From a virus (lineage: Duplodnaviria; Heunggongvirae; Uroviricota; Caudoviricetes), in IMG/VR virus record IMGVR_UViG_2521172734_000003: 34,016 nucleotides of DNA, one strand, 5' to 3'. Positions 16,092 through 24,932 of the stretch are shown piece after piece. The notes below the pieces were generated by a model. The model made no database searches. It saw nothing but the letters and a program-made list of their open reading frames with translations, and had not been told where the DNA came from. A program made the translations under genes and the position numbers. Position 1 is the first letter of the stretch, and each line of letters begins with the position of its first letter.

Positions 16092-16539
16092 AAATGTCTC
16101 ACAATTCAGACGGTTGACAGTTGTCTGGTTTGCGGGGAGTTTGTTAAAAGAAACTGGCATGGTGAATCCCCCTGTGCGGAGGGGCAATCAGCGAGTAGGT
16201 ATATGGGATAATCGCGGATTCAGGTGCTGGTACTGAATTCACCGGGAGGCACCCGGCACCATGCAATGGCACATAGCGCCACTCTCCAGCCCCTCTCCGG
16301 AGGGGCTTTCTTATGGACAAAAAAATCCCGCGCAGGGAGACGCGGGCGGCAAGGAATAAACAACAAAACGTGAAGTAATATTTCAGCTGGCGAATAATAT
16401 CCGACAGTAATCACTCTGCGCAATAGCGCGGCCTTTTCGTATTGCGGGCTATTGTCTCTCTTCTGCCATTGTCCTGTAGCTTCCGGACTTCAGCCCGCTC
16501 CTCATTTTACTCACAATATTATCCCGGCCGGGAGGATTC

Positions 16540-18402
16540 ATGGCATTTAAACACTATGATGTTGTCAGGGCGGTATCGCCGTCAGACCTTGCTGATGCAC
16601 TTGCTCAAAAAATTCGTGAAGGATGGCAACCATACGGCGGGCCGTTTTCTTCGTATACGGATGATGGCGCAGCACTTATTCAGGCGATTGTCGCAGAAGG
16701 TGATGTGGTCGTCAGTGGTGCAACTGAGCCGGAGTGGTACTACGTCATCGTACTGGCCGGGCAGTCTAATGCCATGGCTTACGGTGAAGGGCTTCCGCTT
16801 CCGGATTCATACGATGCGCCCCATCCGCGCATTAAGCAACTGGCCCGTCGTAACACAGTAACTCCCGGTGGTGAAGTATGCGTATTTAACGACATCATTC
16901 CTGCTGACCATTGTCTGCATGATGTTCAGGATATGAGTACGATTAACCATCCCCGGGCTGACCTGAGCAAAGGGCAGTACGGCTGTGTCGGACAGGGCTT
17001 ACATATTGCCAAAAAACTGCTTCCGTATATCCCTAATAATGCGGGGATCCTGCTGGTACCATGCTGTCGTGGTGGTTCGGCATTCACCCAGGGCACGGAG
17101 GGGACATTCAGCGAGTCCACGGGGGCCAGTCAGGATTCGGCTCGCTGGGGAGTGGGTAAGCCGTTATATCAGGATCTGCTTTTCCGCACGAAGGCAGCAT
17201 TGCAGAAAAACCCGAAAAACGTTTTGCTGGCGATATGCTGGATGCAGGGGGAATTCGATATGAAGAATGCCAGTTACGCCCAGCAGCCAGCAGCATTTCT
17301 TGCAATGGTACAGCAGTTCCGTGCTGACCTTGCCGGGCTGGCGGCGCAGTGTCACGGTGGAAGTCCGGCATCAGTCCCCTGGATTTGTGGCGACACGACA
17401 TACGCGTGGAAACAAGAACACGGTACACAATATGAAGTGGTATATGGTGCATATAAAGGTAAAGAATCCCAGCAGATTTATTTTGTTCCCTTTATGACCG
17501 ATGGTAGCGGAGTTAATACACCGACAAACAACCCGTCAGAAGATCCTGATATTGCCGGGTCTGGTTATTACGGTTCGGCATCCCGAACGAACAAAAACTG
17601 GGTATCATCAAATCGCCCGACGCATTTCAGCTCATGGGCGCGTCGTGGCATTATTCCCGATCGTATGGCAACTGCTATTCTGAACGTAGCCGGTCGCACC
17701 TTAGCCTTCATTAGTGGTAAGGCACCGGAAATCAAACCCTCGCCCGGCGGCGACACGCCATCGGGGCCGTCTGAAGATGCATCCGTACGCACAATCTCCC
17801 TGTTGCCGACAGCCGGAGATGCTGCTGCGCAGGGCTGGAGCATTAAGAATGGCGGAATTCAGTTGTCAGATGGTGTATTTAAGATCACCAAGCAGAGCAA
17901 TAAAGCCTGGTCCCTGACGCGCCCGGTGGATGACGCAGTCTCCCTGCTGACACGGGGTGGCAGACTGAGCTGTAAGTTTCGACTGTCAGGCGCACTGACC
18001 AACAACCAGTTCGGTCTGGGAATTTATCTGTATACCGATGTAGCGTTACCTGACGTCGTGGCGATGACCGGGACTGGTAACCCGTTCCTGATGTCGTTCT
18101 TCACCCAGACCACAGACGGCAAACTGAATCTGATGCATCACAAGAAAGCCGGAAACACAAAGTTGGGCGAGTTCGGGAATTACAGTAACGACTGGCAGAC
18201 GCTGGAGCTGGTGTTCACCGCCGGCAGTGCCACGGTTACTCCGAAACTGAATGGAGTGGCTGGCCCGGCATTCCAGGTCATAAAAGACAGTCTGACAGTG
18301 GGACTAAATGCACTGACGCTGACGGATATTACCAAAAATGCAGCGTATGGCGTTGAGATAGAAAGTCTGGTGCTGGAGATAAATGCACCGGCATCATCAT
18401 AA
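16540..18402 (+). CDS. nanS-p: Prophage-encoded sialate 9-O-acetylesterase NanS-p (N-terminal DUF1737 plus SGNH/SASA esterase domain)
   Basis: 620 aa; starts [12 protein letters not shown]; GQSNAMAYG catalytic-serine motif; GGGAGG SD; located between tRNAs and lysis genes as in Stx-phage late regions. Confidence 0.8.
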   Translation: MAFKHYDVVRAVSPSDLADALAQKIREGWQPYGGPFSSYTDDGAALIQAIVAEGDVVVSGATEPEWYYVIVLAGQSNAMAYGEGLPLPDSYDAPHPRIKQLARRNTVTPGGEVCVFNDIIPADHCLHDVQDMSTINHPRADLSKGQYGCVGQGLHIAKKLLPYIPNNAGILLVPCCRGGSAFTQGTEGTFSESTGASQDSARWGVGKPLYQDLLFRTKAALQKNPKNVLLAICWMQGEFDMKNASYAQQPAAFLAMVQQFRADLAGLAAQCHGGSPASVPWICGDTTYAWKQEHGTQYEVVYGAYKGKESQQIYFVPFMTDGSGVNTPTNNPSEDPDIAGSGYYGSASRTNKNWVSSNRPTHFSSWARRGIIPDRMATAILNVAGRTLAFISGKAPEIKPSPGGDTPSGPSEDASVRTISLLPTAGDAAAQGWSIKNGGIQLSDGVFKITKQSNKAWSLTRPVDDAVSLLTRGGRLSCKFRLSGALTNNQFGLGIYLYTDVALPDVVAMTGTGNPFLMSFFTQTTDGKLNLMHHKKAGNTKLGEFGNYSNDWQTLELVFTAGSATVTPKLNGVAGPAFQVIKDSLTVGLNALTLTDITKNAAYGVEIESLVLEINAPASS

Positions 18403-18551
18403 AAAGTGAGCCAGTCAAATGGAAGGTATCGTTAAACTCACCGGTAGTGTCAGTGGGTCGTCTGAGACGCCTGCATGAGTTATCAGAGCCATCAGTACTT
18501 AACTGGTGGCTTTTTTATTGTTGTCAGCTTCCGGATAACGGGAGACGGGGT

Positions 18552-18767
18552 ATGTACCAGATGGAAAAAATCACAACAGGTGTGTCATACACCACGTCAG
18601 CGGTGGGAACGGGCTACTGGTTCCTGCAGTTGCTGGACAGGGTTTCCCCGTCTCAGTGGGCGGCAATAGGCGTGCTGGGGAGTCTGCTGTTTGGGCTGCT
18701 GACATATCTGACTAACCTGTATTTCAAAATCAGAGAGGACCGTCGTAAGGCGGCGCGGGGGGAGTAA
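18552..18767 (+). CDS. S: Class II holin / pinholin (S21-like) with dual-start motif MYQM (antiholin from 18552, holin from 18561)
   Basis: 71-aa product [71 protein letters not shown] matches the recalled S21 family; pairs with a SAR endolysin. Confidence 0.85.
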   Translation: MYQMEKITTGVSYTTSAVGTGYWFLQLLDRVSPSQWAAIGVLGSLLFGLLTYLTNLYFKIREDRRKAARGE

Positions 18768-18771
18768 AGCG

Positions 18772-19578
18772 ATGAAGAAAAAATACGAACTGGGTGTTAA
18801 AGGGATAAATAATTATCCGGATAAGATTACTGTTACTGTGGCACTGGAAATTGGTGGGTATCCGTCACTGTTGTTGCCAGATGTGGCGATTAGTCTTGAC
18901 CGTACTGAAGGTGCCACGCTGGAGTTTTACGAAGCTGAGGCGAAAAAGCAGGCGAAGCAGTTTTTCATGGATGTTGCTGCCGGGTTATGTGAAGGGAACG
19001 AACCGTTGCCGGAAAAGCGCCCCATAATTTTAGAGGCGCAGGATGTGTTGATAACCTACAAAGGAAAGCTACCGGGAAGAATTACTGGTTCTCTGAAGAT
19101 GCCGCCGTCAACACTGCGGTCAGAAAAAGAGGCGTCTTGTCTGCAGTCTGAGTACTCCATTACGGTTAAAAGTGCCGGAGAGGAAGGAAATAAACGTTAT
19201 TTTATTGCGTCTGCACCTGATAAAGATCAGGAATGGGAGTGTAACCGGCCATCCTTTGTTGTATACGGAGATGGCGGGAAAATAACCATCTCAGAAAATG
19301 GGAAATTAACACCGCCATCGCACCAGCATAGTGAGGCGCTCATTGAATTTGCCATTGATTACCTGAAGAACAATAAAAAGCAGGGGCTGATGAAGCGCAT
19401 TGGTCGTTGCATGGGATATCTGCAGGTAGCAGCTGAGATTGAAATGATGGCCAGTGGTGCTGACAATGATGCAGTTGTGCTGGAGGCTCTTCTGCGTGAT
19501 TTTGATAATACGCCCTTTAAGAAAGCACCTGTTGACTGGATGCAGCCGGGGATGACTTATCTGAAAGGGCGTATATAA
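18772..19578 (+). CDS. Hypothetical soluble protein (268 aa) inserted between holin and endolysin
   Basis: ORF starting 5 nt after the holin stop; no TM segment, no motif I recognise. Confidence 0.6.
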   Translation: MKKKYELGVKGINNYPDKITVTVALEIGGYPSLLLPDVAISLDRTEGATLEFYEAEAKKQAKQFFMDVAAGLCEGNEPLPEKRPIILEAQDVLITYKGKLPGRITGSLKMPPSTLRSEKEASCLQSEYSITVKSAGEEGNKRYFIASAPDKDQEWECNRPSFVVYGDGGKITISENGKLTPPSHQHSEALIEFAIDYLKNNKKQGLMKRIGRCMGYLQVAAEIEMMASGADNDAVVLEALLRDFDNTPFKKAPVDWMQPGMTYLKGRI

Positions 19579-19587
19579 GGTGGCTCG

Positions 19588-19902
19588 TTATCTGTTGCTG
19601 GATAATCGACTGAAGATGCGTTCTTTTTGTGTTTTTGCGTAATGATTGTCCCACTCACAATCAAGGTAGCTTAATTCTTCATTCAACCAGTTATTTATAT
19701 TGGTCTTAATACGCATAAGCATGGGCTGTGTTAATGCTCTGGCGATAATGCCGAGAGTCACAGGTGTGAGATGTCCATACGGCTCAGCCTGAATGGATTT
19801 TACTGCATCGTGTTCTTGTGGGAGGAGTAAGAGGCACTCTGATTTTACCCGCTCATTTATGGCTTGCAGGCATAAATCATAATTATGTTGATCGTTATGC
19901 AT
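19588..19902 (-). CDS. Hypothetical protein (104 aa), convergent with the 268-aa gene, own upstream region
   Basis: Minus-strand ORF with GAGGA SD; 24-bp inverted repeat CTGAAATtgtcagatatATTTCAG (19916-19939) immediately upstream. Confidence 0.5.
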   Translation of the reverse strand: MHNDQHNYDLCLQAINERVKSECLLLLPQEHDAVKSIQAEPYGHLTPVTLGIIARALTQPMLMRIKTNINNWLNEELSYLDCEWDNHYAKTQKERIFSRLSSNR

Positions 19903-20030
19903 GGTTAATCCTCTACTGAAATTGTCAGATATATTTCAGCCATCAGGAAAAACGCCAGTGTCCTACCGCTGGCGGGCTGAAGATTTAACATATCCAGGGA
20001 TTCGGAACCGATAAATCCTGATAAATATCC

Positions 20031-20564
20031 ATGAACACCAAAATCAAATATGGCCTGTCGGCTGCCGTTCTGGCGTTGATTGCCATCGGTGCGCCTGCGC
20101 CTGATATTCTCGACCAGTTTCTGGATGAAAAAGAAGGTAACCACACAACGGCATACCGTGATGGTGCGGGTATCTGGACCATCTGCCGCGGTGCCACAAT
20201 GGTGGATGGTAAACCTGTTATTCCGGGCATGAAACTGTCGAAGGAAAAATGCGACCAGGTTAATGCCATTGAACGGGATAAGGCGCTGGCATGGGTGGAG
20301 CGCAATATTAAAGTTCCACTGACCGAACCACAGAAAGCGGGTATAGCGTCATTCTGTCCCTATAACATTGGCCCCGGTAAGTGTTTCCCGTCGACGTTTT
20401 ATAAGCGGCTGAATGCTGGTGACCGCAGGGGAGCGTGTGAGGCGATTCGCTGGTGGATTAAGGACGGTGGCAGAGACTGCCGTATCCGCTCAAATAACTG
20501 TTATGGTCAGGTATCCCGTCGTGACCAGGAGAGCGCGCTGGCGTGCTGGGGAATCGACAGATAA
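20031..20564 (+). CDS. R: SAR endolysin, T4-lysozyme-like muramidase (GH24) with N-terminal signal-anchor-release domain
   Basis: N-terminal KYGLSAAVLALIAIGAPA weakly hydrophobic segment; catalytic E-x8-D-x5-T (EGNHTTAYRDGAGIWTICRG); resembles recalled R21/P1 Lyz. Confidence 0.85.
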   Translation: MNTKIKYGLSAAVLALIAIGAPAPDILDQFLDEKEGNHTTAYRDGAGIWTICRGATMVDGKPVIPGMKLSKEKCDQVNAIERDKALAWVERNIKVPLTEPQKAGIASFCPYNIGPGKCFPSTFYKRLNAGDRRGACEAIRWWIKDGGRDCRIRSNNCYGQVSRRDQESALACWGIDR

Positions 20565-20658
20565 GCAGAATATTTTGCTGAAAAATAAGGCATGGCCACG
20601 CGGGCGGATAACACGAAATCCTGCGAACTGGCGAAACGTAAGTGAATAAAAGTAAAAA

Positions 20659-20693
20659 CCCCGTTTGTTGGCAGCAAGCGGGGTTTTGTTTTT
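20659..20693 (+). terminator. Terminator-like hairpin downstream of R
   Basis: CCCCG-(15 nt)-CGGGG followed by TTTTGTTTTT; long loop, so strength uncertain. Confidence 0.45.
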
Positions 20694-20719
20694 ATGGCAG
20701 TAAGCTATGGGAGGCTGCC

Positions 20720-20854
20720 TTGATTGATTTTAGCAAACTGATTAGGGAGTTGCGACTCATGATTAGTCAATTACCAAACTGGAAATTTTTGCTGGTCTGG
20801 AGCATCCCTTTTTTATGGGTAGTATCCCAGTTAATTGTGGCAATTAAGGGGTAG
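20720..20854 (+). CDS. Small hydrophobic ORF 1 (44 aa from TTG 20720, or 31 aa from ATG 20759): ...MISQLPNWKFLLVWSIPFLWVVSQLIVAIKG
   Basis: GGGAGG SD 5 nt upstream of TTG; one predicted TM helix. Confidence 0.4.
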   Translation: MIDFSKLIRELRLMISQLPNWKFLLVWSIPFLWVVSQLIVAIKG

Positions 20855-20856
20855 CT

Positions 20857-20988
20857 ATGTCAGACAAACTCATAACGCCGGCAAAGGTCCTGTGTGTGAT
20901 TGTCGGTATTTCATTTTCACTAATGCTGGTTGCTCTTTTTCTGTCCCTCGCCTGGGTGATGTTGTCTTCGTCGGGGCTGCTGGGGTGA
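20857..20988 (+). CDS. Small hydrophobic ORF 2 (43 aa) MSDKLITPAKVLCVIVGISFSLMLVALFLSLAWVMLSSSGLLG
   Basis: AAGGGG SD 6 nt upstream of ATG; starts 3 nt after ORF 1 stop; one TM helix. Confidence 0.45.
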   Translation: MSDKLITPAKVLCVIVGISFSLMLVALFLSLAWVMLSSSGLLG

Positions 20989-20990
20989 CA

Positions 20991-21107
20991 GTGACTGATG
21001 ACATCAGCAGAGCGCTGGCTTTTGCTATTAAGTGGGTGGCTGTTGGTATTGCTGTGTCTCCGATGCTATATGGGCTGGCAAAACTGGTCATTGCGCTGAA
21101 ATCGTGA
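20991..21107 (+). CDS. Small hydrophobic ORF 3 (about 38 aa, GTG start) ...ISRALAFAIKWVAVGIAVSPMLYGLAKLVIALKS
   Basis: GTG 3 nt after ORF 2 stop; one TM helix; start codon uncertain. Confidence 0.35.
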   Translation: MTDDISRALAFAIKWVAVGIAVSPMLYGLAKLVIALKS

Positions 21108-21118
21108 ACTTTAAAAAG

Positions 21119-21205
21119 ATGAGTGCTGAACTTATTCGGGCAATGGCATTTGCCATTCGTATTGTGGCCATTGCTGTTCTGGTCTGGGCAATCCGTTGGT
21201 GGTGA
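21119..21205 (+). CDS. Small hydrophobic ORF 4 (28 aa) [28 protein letters not shown]
   Basis: Stop TGA ends 1 nt before the Rz ATG; poor SD, so least certain of the four. Confidence 0.3.
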   Translation: MSAELIRAMAFAIRIVAIAVLVWAIRWW

Positions 21206-21206
21206 T

Positions 21207-21674
21207 ATGAACCGTGTTCTGTGTGTGGTGATTATTGTCATGCTGGTGGCCTGTGGTGCGCTTAGTCTGGGGCTGAATCATTACCGTGATAACGCCATTA
21301 CCTACAAAGCCCAGCGCGACAAAAATGTCAGAGAACTGAAGCTGGCGAACGCGGCAATTACTGACATGCAGATGCGTCAGCGTGATGTTGCTGCGCTCGA
21401 TGCAAAATACTCGAGGGAATTAGCCGATGCGAGAGCTGAAAATGAAACTCTTCGCGCTGACGTTGCCGCTGGTCGTAAGCGCCTGCGTATCAACGCCACC
21501 TGTCCAGGTCCCGTGCGTGAAGCCACCGGCACCGCCCGCGTGGATAATGCAACCGGCCCCCGACTGGCAGACACCGCTGAACGGGATTATTTCACCCTCA
21601 GAGAGCGGCTGATGACGATGCACAAGCAACTGGAAGGGGCGCAGGAATATATCCGTACTCAGTGCCTGAAATAA
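21207..21674 (+). CDS. Rz: Spanin inner-membrane subunit Rz (i-spanin)
   Basis: 155 aa; N-terminal TM helix then coiled-coil periplasmic domain; Rz1 embedded in +1 frame. Confidence 0.85.
   Translation: MNRVLCVVIIVMLVACGALSLGLNHYRDNAITYKAQRDKNVRELKLANAAITDMQMRQRDVAALDAKYSRELADARAENETLRADVAAGRKRLRINATCPGPVREATGTARVDNATGPRLADTAERDYFTLRERLMTMHKQLEGAQEYIRTQCLK
21442..21612 (+). CDS. Rz1: Spanin outer-membrane lipoprotein subunit Rz1 (o-spanin), embedded within Rz
   Basis: [15 protein letters not shown] lipobox followed by a Pro-rich mature region; entirely inside the Rz reading frame. Confidence 0.8.
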   Translation: MKLFALTLPLVVSACVSTPPVQVPCVKPPAPPAWIMQPAPDWQTPLNGIISPSESG

Positions 21675-21920
21675 GTTTTGTTGATGCGCCGTATCGTCGC
21701 TGTATTCCCTCATTAACAGAGACCGCAGCCCGACAGGGAGACTCCTCTGCGCGAGTGTGCGGGGATAATCAAAAACGATACACACCGGGGTTTACCGCGT
21801 TAACGGAGCGCGGCGTTGTCCCCTCATAGTCGCCTGTCCGGTGCGATGGTGGAAGAAATCGGACTACATTGAAAATGATAACCATTATCGTTTTTGCGGG
21901 TCCTCCTGGTGGGGTGGGCC

Positions 21921-21950
21921 TGAACACGGGGCGGACGGCGCGGGAAAAGG
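21921..21950. other. Putative cohesive end site cosN (lambda-like GGGCGG... core), with cosB-like region extending to about 22120
   Basis: ACGGGGCGGACGGCGCGGG resembles recalled lambda ACGGGGCGGCGACCTCGCGGG; downstream TAACTTGTTGTTTTTAATG resembles lambda TAACTTAATGTTTTTA; located between Rz and Nu1. Confidence 0.5.
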
Positions 21951-22126
21951 CGCATTTTTGTGATTTTATCGTCATCATCATCATTAGCGTAACTTGTTGT
22001 TTTTAATGTGTTTAGCATTAAAAAGATGATGATTGTGGTTGATTTTTGTTCGACATCTTTATATGGCGGCATTTCTTTACAAAAAAAGAGCCACTTTTGT
22101 TCAGCGGTTTATGTGGAGGGATGTGA

Positions 22127-22603
22127 ATGGACGGCGAGCTGAAAAATATGAAGTTAAATATTAATCAACTGGCAGCCATTTCAGGTCTGCACCGGCAGAC
22201 TGTTGCCGCCAGAATGGCGGATGTTCCTCTTGCACCAGGTAGTAATGAAAAGAAAAAAATGTATCTCCTGACGGATTTGATTATTTCGTTGCTGGAAAAA
22301 CCACCGGCTTCCGAAGATGAAGAGATGAACCCACATGATCGGAAGGCATGGTATCAGTCCGAGCGCGAGCGTCTTAAATTTCAGCATGAAACTGTTCAGC
22401 TTGTGCCAGTCAGTGATGTCAGGCGGTCCTTTTCTGTCGTGGTGAAAGCGATAGTTCAGGTACTGGAAACCTGGCCTGACCGGCTGGAGAGGGACAGGGG
22501 GTGGACCGCATCACAACTGAATGAAGTACAGATTGTGGTTGATGAGATCCGCGATACACTGGAAAAGGCAGTCATTGACTGTTGTGATGAGGCCGATATG
22601 TGA
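22127..22603 (+). CDS. Terminase small subunit (Nu1-like, N-terminal HTH)
   Basis: 158 aa; NINQLAAISGLHRQTV resembles lambda Nu1 NKKQLADIFGASIRTI; GGAGGG SD; overlaps large-subunit start. Confidence 0.75.
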   Translation: MDGELKNMKLNINQLAAISGLHRQTVAARMADVPLAPGSNEKKKMYLLTDLIISLLEKPPASEDEEMNPHDRKAWYQSERERLKFQHETVQLVPVSDVRRSFSVVVKAIVQVLETWPDRLERDRGWTASQLNEVQIVVDEIRDTLEKAVIDCCDEADM

Positions 22604-24723
22604 ATCAGGTGAACGAGAGCCATAGCCGCGCATCCGATATCTGGCGCGAAGTGGCCTCGCTGTTTCGCCCACCCAGCCGGTTACCAGTAGCGGAAGCCAT
22701 CAGGCGTTATATGCGGGTACCACGGGGAGCCAATACTTCCGGTCCGTGGGAGTCATCGCTGACGCCCTATATGATTGACCCCATTAATACATTATCAGCC
22801 CGTGAATATGACGCGGTGGTGTTTGTGGGACCTGCGCGAACCGGGAAAACCGAAGGGCTGATTGATGGCTGGATTGTGTACGGCATCATCTGTGATCCGG
22901 CGGATATGCTGGTGGTGCAGATGACTGAGACGAAGGCGCGTGAGCATTCCAGAACGCGTCTTTCCAGAACGTTTCGCCACAGTCCGGAGGTCAGCAAGCG
23001 CCTCAGTCCTTCCCGTAATGACAACAACGTCCACGATAAAATGTTTCTTGACGGCTCCTTCCTGAAGATTGGCTGGCCGTCGATCACTGTATTTTCTTCT
23101 TCGGATTACCGTCGTGTGGCGCTGACGGATTATGACCGTTTCCCTGAAAACGTGGACGGGGAAGGGGATGCCTTCACCCTGGCATCAAAGCGTACCACCA
23201 CCTTTATGTCCTCGGGGATGACCTTGGTCGAGAGTTCGCCGGGGCGGGATATCACTGACACCAAATGGCGCTGTGGCGGCGCACATGAGGCACCGCCAAC
23301 AACGGGGATCCTGTCACTGTATAACCGGGGAGACCGCCGCCGGTGGTACTGGCCGTGTCCGCACTGCGGGGAATATTTTCAGCCGGTGATGGATAACATG
23401 ACCGGATACCGGAATAACCCGGATTTTGTGGCTGCCGGTCAGGCTGCCCGTCTGATGTGTCCGCATTGTCGCGGGCTGATTGCCCCTGAGCAGAAACGCG
23501 AACTGAATAACAAAGGGATCTGGCTTCGTGAAGGTGAACGGGCGGTGGCGGACGGCAGTATCACCGGAACACCACGAAATTCCAGGATTGCGTCATTCTG
23601 GATGGAGGGGCCGGCTGCGGCGTTTCAGACCTGGGAACAACTGATTTTTAAACTGCTGGCGGCAGAAGAAGAGTATGAGCGAACCGGCAGTGAAGAGACC
23701 CTGAAAGCGGTGGTGAACACCGATATCGGACGCCCCTATCTGCCCCGTTCAGCCACGGAACAGCGTAAAAGTGAACTGCTTGAACAGCGTGCCGAGCCGT
23801 TTCCCCGGCGATCTGTGCCGGATGGTGTGCGTTTTATTGAGGCAACGGTTGATGTACAGGGCGGTAAAAATCGCCGTTTTGTTGTGCAGATCACCGGATA
23901 CGGAGAGCAGGGGGAACGCTGGATTGTTGATCGCTATAACATCCGGCATTCACTGCGCTGCAGTCCCAACGGTGAAAGTCTGCCGGTTGATCCGGCGGCA
24001 TATCCGGAGGACTGGGATTTGTTGCTGACGGATGTGTTCCATAAAACATGGCCGCTGGCTTCTGATCCGGATGTGCGCATGCGTCTGATGGCCATGGCGG
24101 TGGATACGGGAGGGGAAGCCGGGGTGACAGATAACGCCTATCGTTTCTGGCGTCGTTGCCGGAGTGACGGACTGGGCAACAGGGTGTTTCTGTTCAAGGG
24201 GGATGGACTTCGCCGTGACAGGCTGATTAACCGTACCTTCCCGGATAATACCGGCAGAAGTGCCCGCCGTGCCAGAGCCAGTGGCGATGTCGCGCTGTGG
24301 CTGGTTCAGACGGATGCGTTTAAGGACCGTGTAAATAATGCCCTGTGGCGTGACACACCAGGGCCGAACTATATCCACTTTCCCGACTGGCTGGGGCGAT
24401 GGTTTTACGATGAGCTGACCTATGAAGAGCGCGGCAGTGACGGAAAATGGCGAAAACCGGGCAGGGGAGCTAACGAGGCGTTTGACCTGCTGGTTTATGC
24501 GGATGCGCTTGCCGTTCTGCATGGTTACGAAAAGATCCGCTGGCCCTCCGCACCGGACTGGGCACAGCGGGAAACGTGGCTCGTCTTCCCGCAGGAGCGT
24601 TCTGGTGAAACGGTATCCCCGGAACTGACGGCCGGGGCAGAAAAACGCCGTCGCCGGAAGAAAAAACTGCGGACGGAGCGTGCGGAAGATAATCCATGGA
24701 TAACATCAGGAGGCTGGTTGTGA
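22600..24723 (+). CDS. Terminase large subunit (GpA family)
   Basis: 707 aa, GTG start overlapping Nu1 stop; Walker A-like VFVGPARTGKT; lambda gene order Nu1-A-W-B. Confidence 0.85.
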   Translation: MNQVNESHSRASDIWREVASLFRPPSRLPVAEAIRRYMRVPRGANTSGPWESSLTPYMIDPINTLSAREYDAVVFVGPARTGKTEGLIDGWIVYGIICDPADMLVVQMTETKAREHSRTRLSRTFRHSPEVSKRLSPSRNDNNVHDKMFLDGSFLKIGWPSITVFSSSDYRRVALTDYDRFPENVDGEGDAFTLASKRTTTFMSSGMTLVESSPGRDITDTKWRCGGAHEAPPTTGILSLYNRGDRRRWYWPCPHCGEYFQPVMDNMTGYRNNPDFVAAGQAARLMCPHCRGLIAPEQKRELNNKGIWLREGERAVADGSITGTPRNSRIASFWMEGPAAAFQTWEQLIFKLLAAEEEYERTGSEETLKAVVNTDIGRPYLPRSATEQRKSELLEQRAEPFPRRSVPDGVRFIEATVDVQGGKNRRFVVQITGYGEQGERWIVDRYNIRHSLRCSPNGESLPVDPAAYPEDWDLLLTDVFHKTWPLASDPDVRMRLMAMAVDTGGEAGVTDNAYRFWRRCRSDGLGNRVFLFKGDGLRRDRLINRTFPDNTGRSARRARASGDVALWLVQTDAFKDRVNNALWRDTPGPNYIHFPDWLGRWFYDELTYEERGSDGKWRKPGRGANEAFDLLVYADALAVLHGYEKIRWPSAPDWAQRETWLVFPQERSGETVSPELTAGAEKRRRRKKKLRTERAEDNPWITSGGWL

Positions 24724-24932
24724 GCACAGAAGAAGCCAGAGAAATGATACAGCGGTACCGTGAAGCGGAAATGGCCGTACTGGAGGGGAAATCTGTCACC
24801 TTCAACGGACAGCAACTGACGCTGGAAAGCCTTTCTCAGATCCGCGCCGGACGTCAGGAGTGGGAACGCAGGCTTGCCGCGATGGTGAGCCGCAGGCGGG
24901 GAAAACCAGGATTTAAACTGGCGAGGTTTTAA
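24720..24932 (+). CDS. Head-tail connector protein gpW-like (70 aa from GTG 24720; track ATG 24696 also possible)
   Basis: AGGAGG SD 6 nt upstream of GTG 24720; C-terminus ...RRRGKPGFKLARF resembles lambda W ...RRRGPAGFYV. Confidence 0.65.
   Translation: MSTEEAREMIQRYREAEMAVLEGKSVTFNGQQLTLESLSQIRAGRQEWERRLAAMVSRRRGKPGFKLARF

Noticed and set aside
16092-16539. Possible stx or other toxin genes between the tRNA cluster and nanS-p
   Set aside because: No ORF of adequate length or with an A-subunit/B-subunit-like translation; only short ORFs and hairpins. The stx slot appears empty.
21824-22072. 82-aa minus-strand ORF with a DDDDD run
   Set aside because: Lies across the cos-like region between Rz and Nu1; the poly-Asp is the translation of the ATCATCATCATCAT repeat; no SD.
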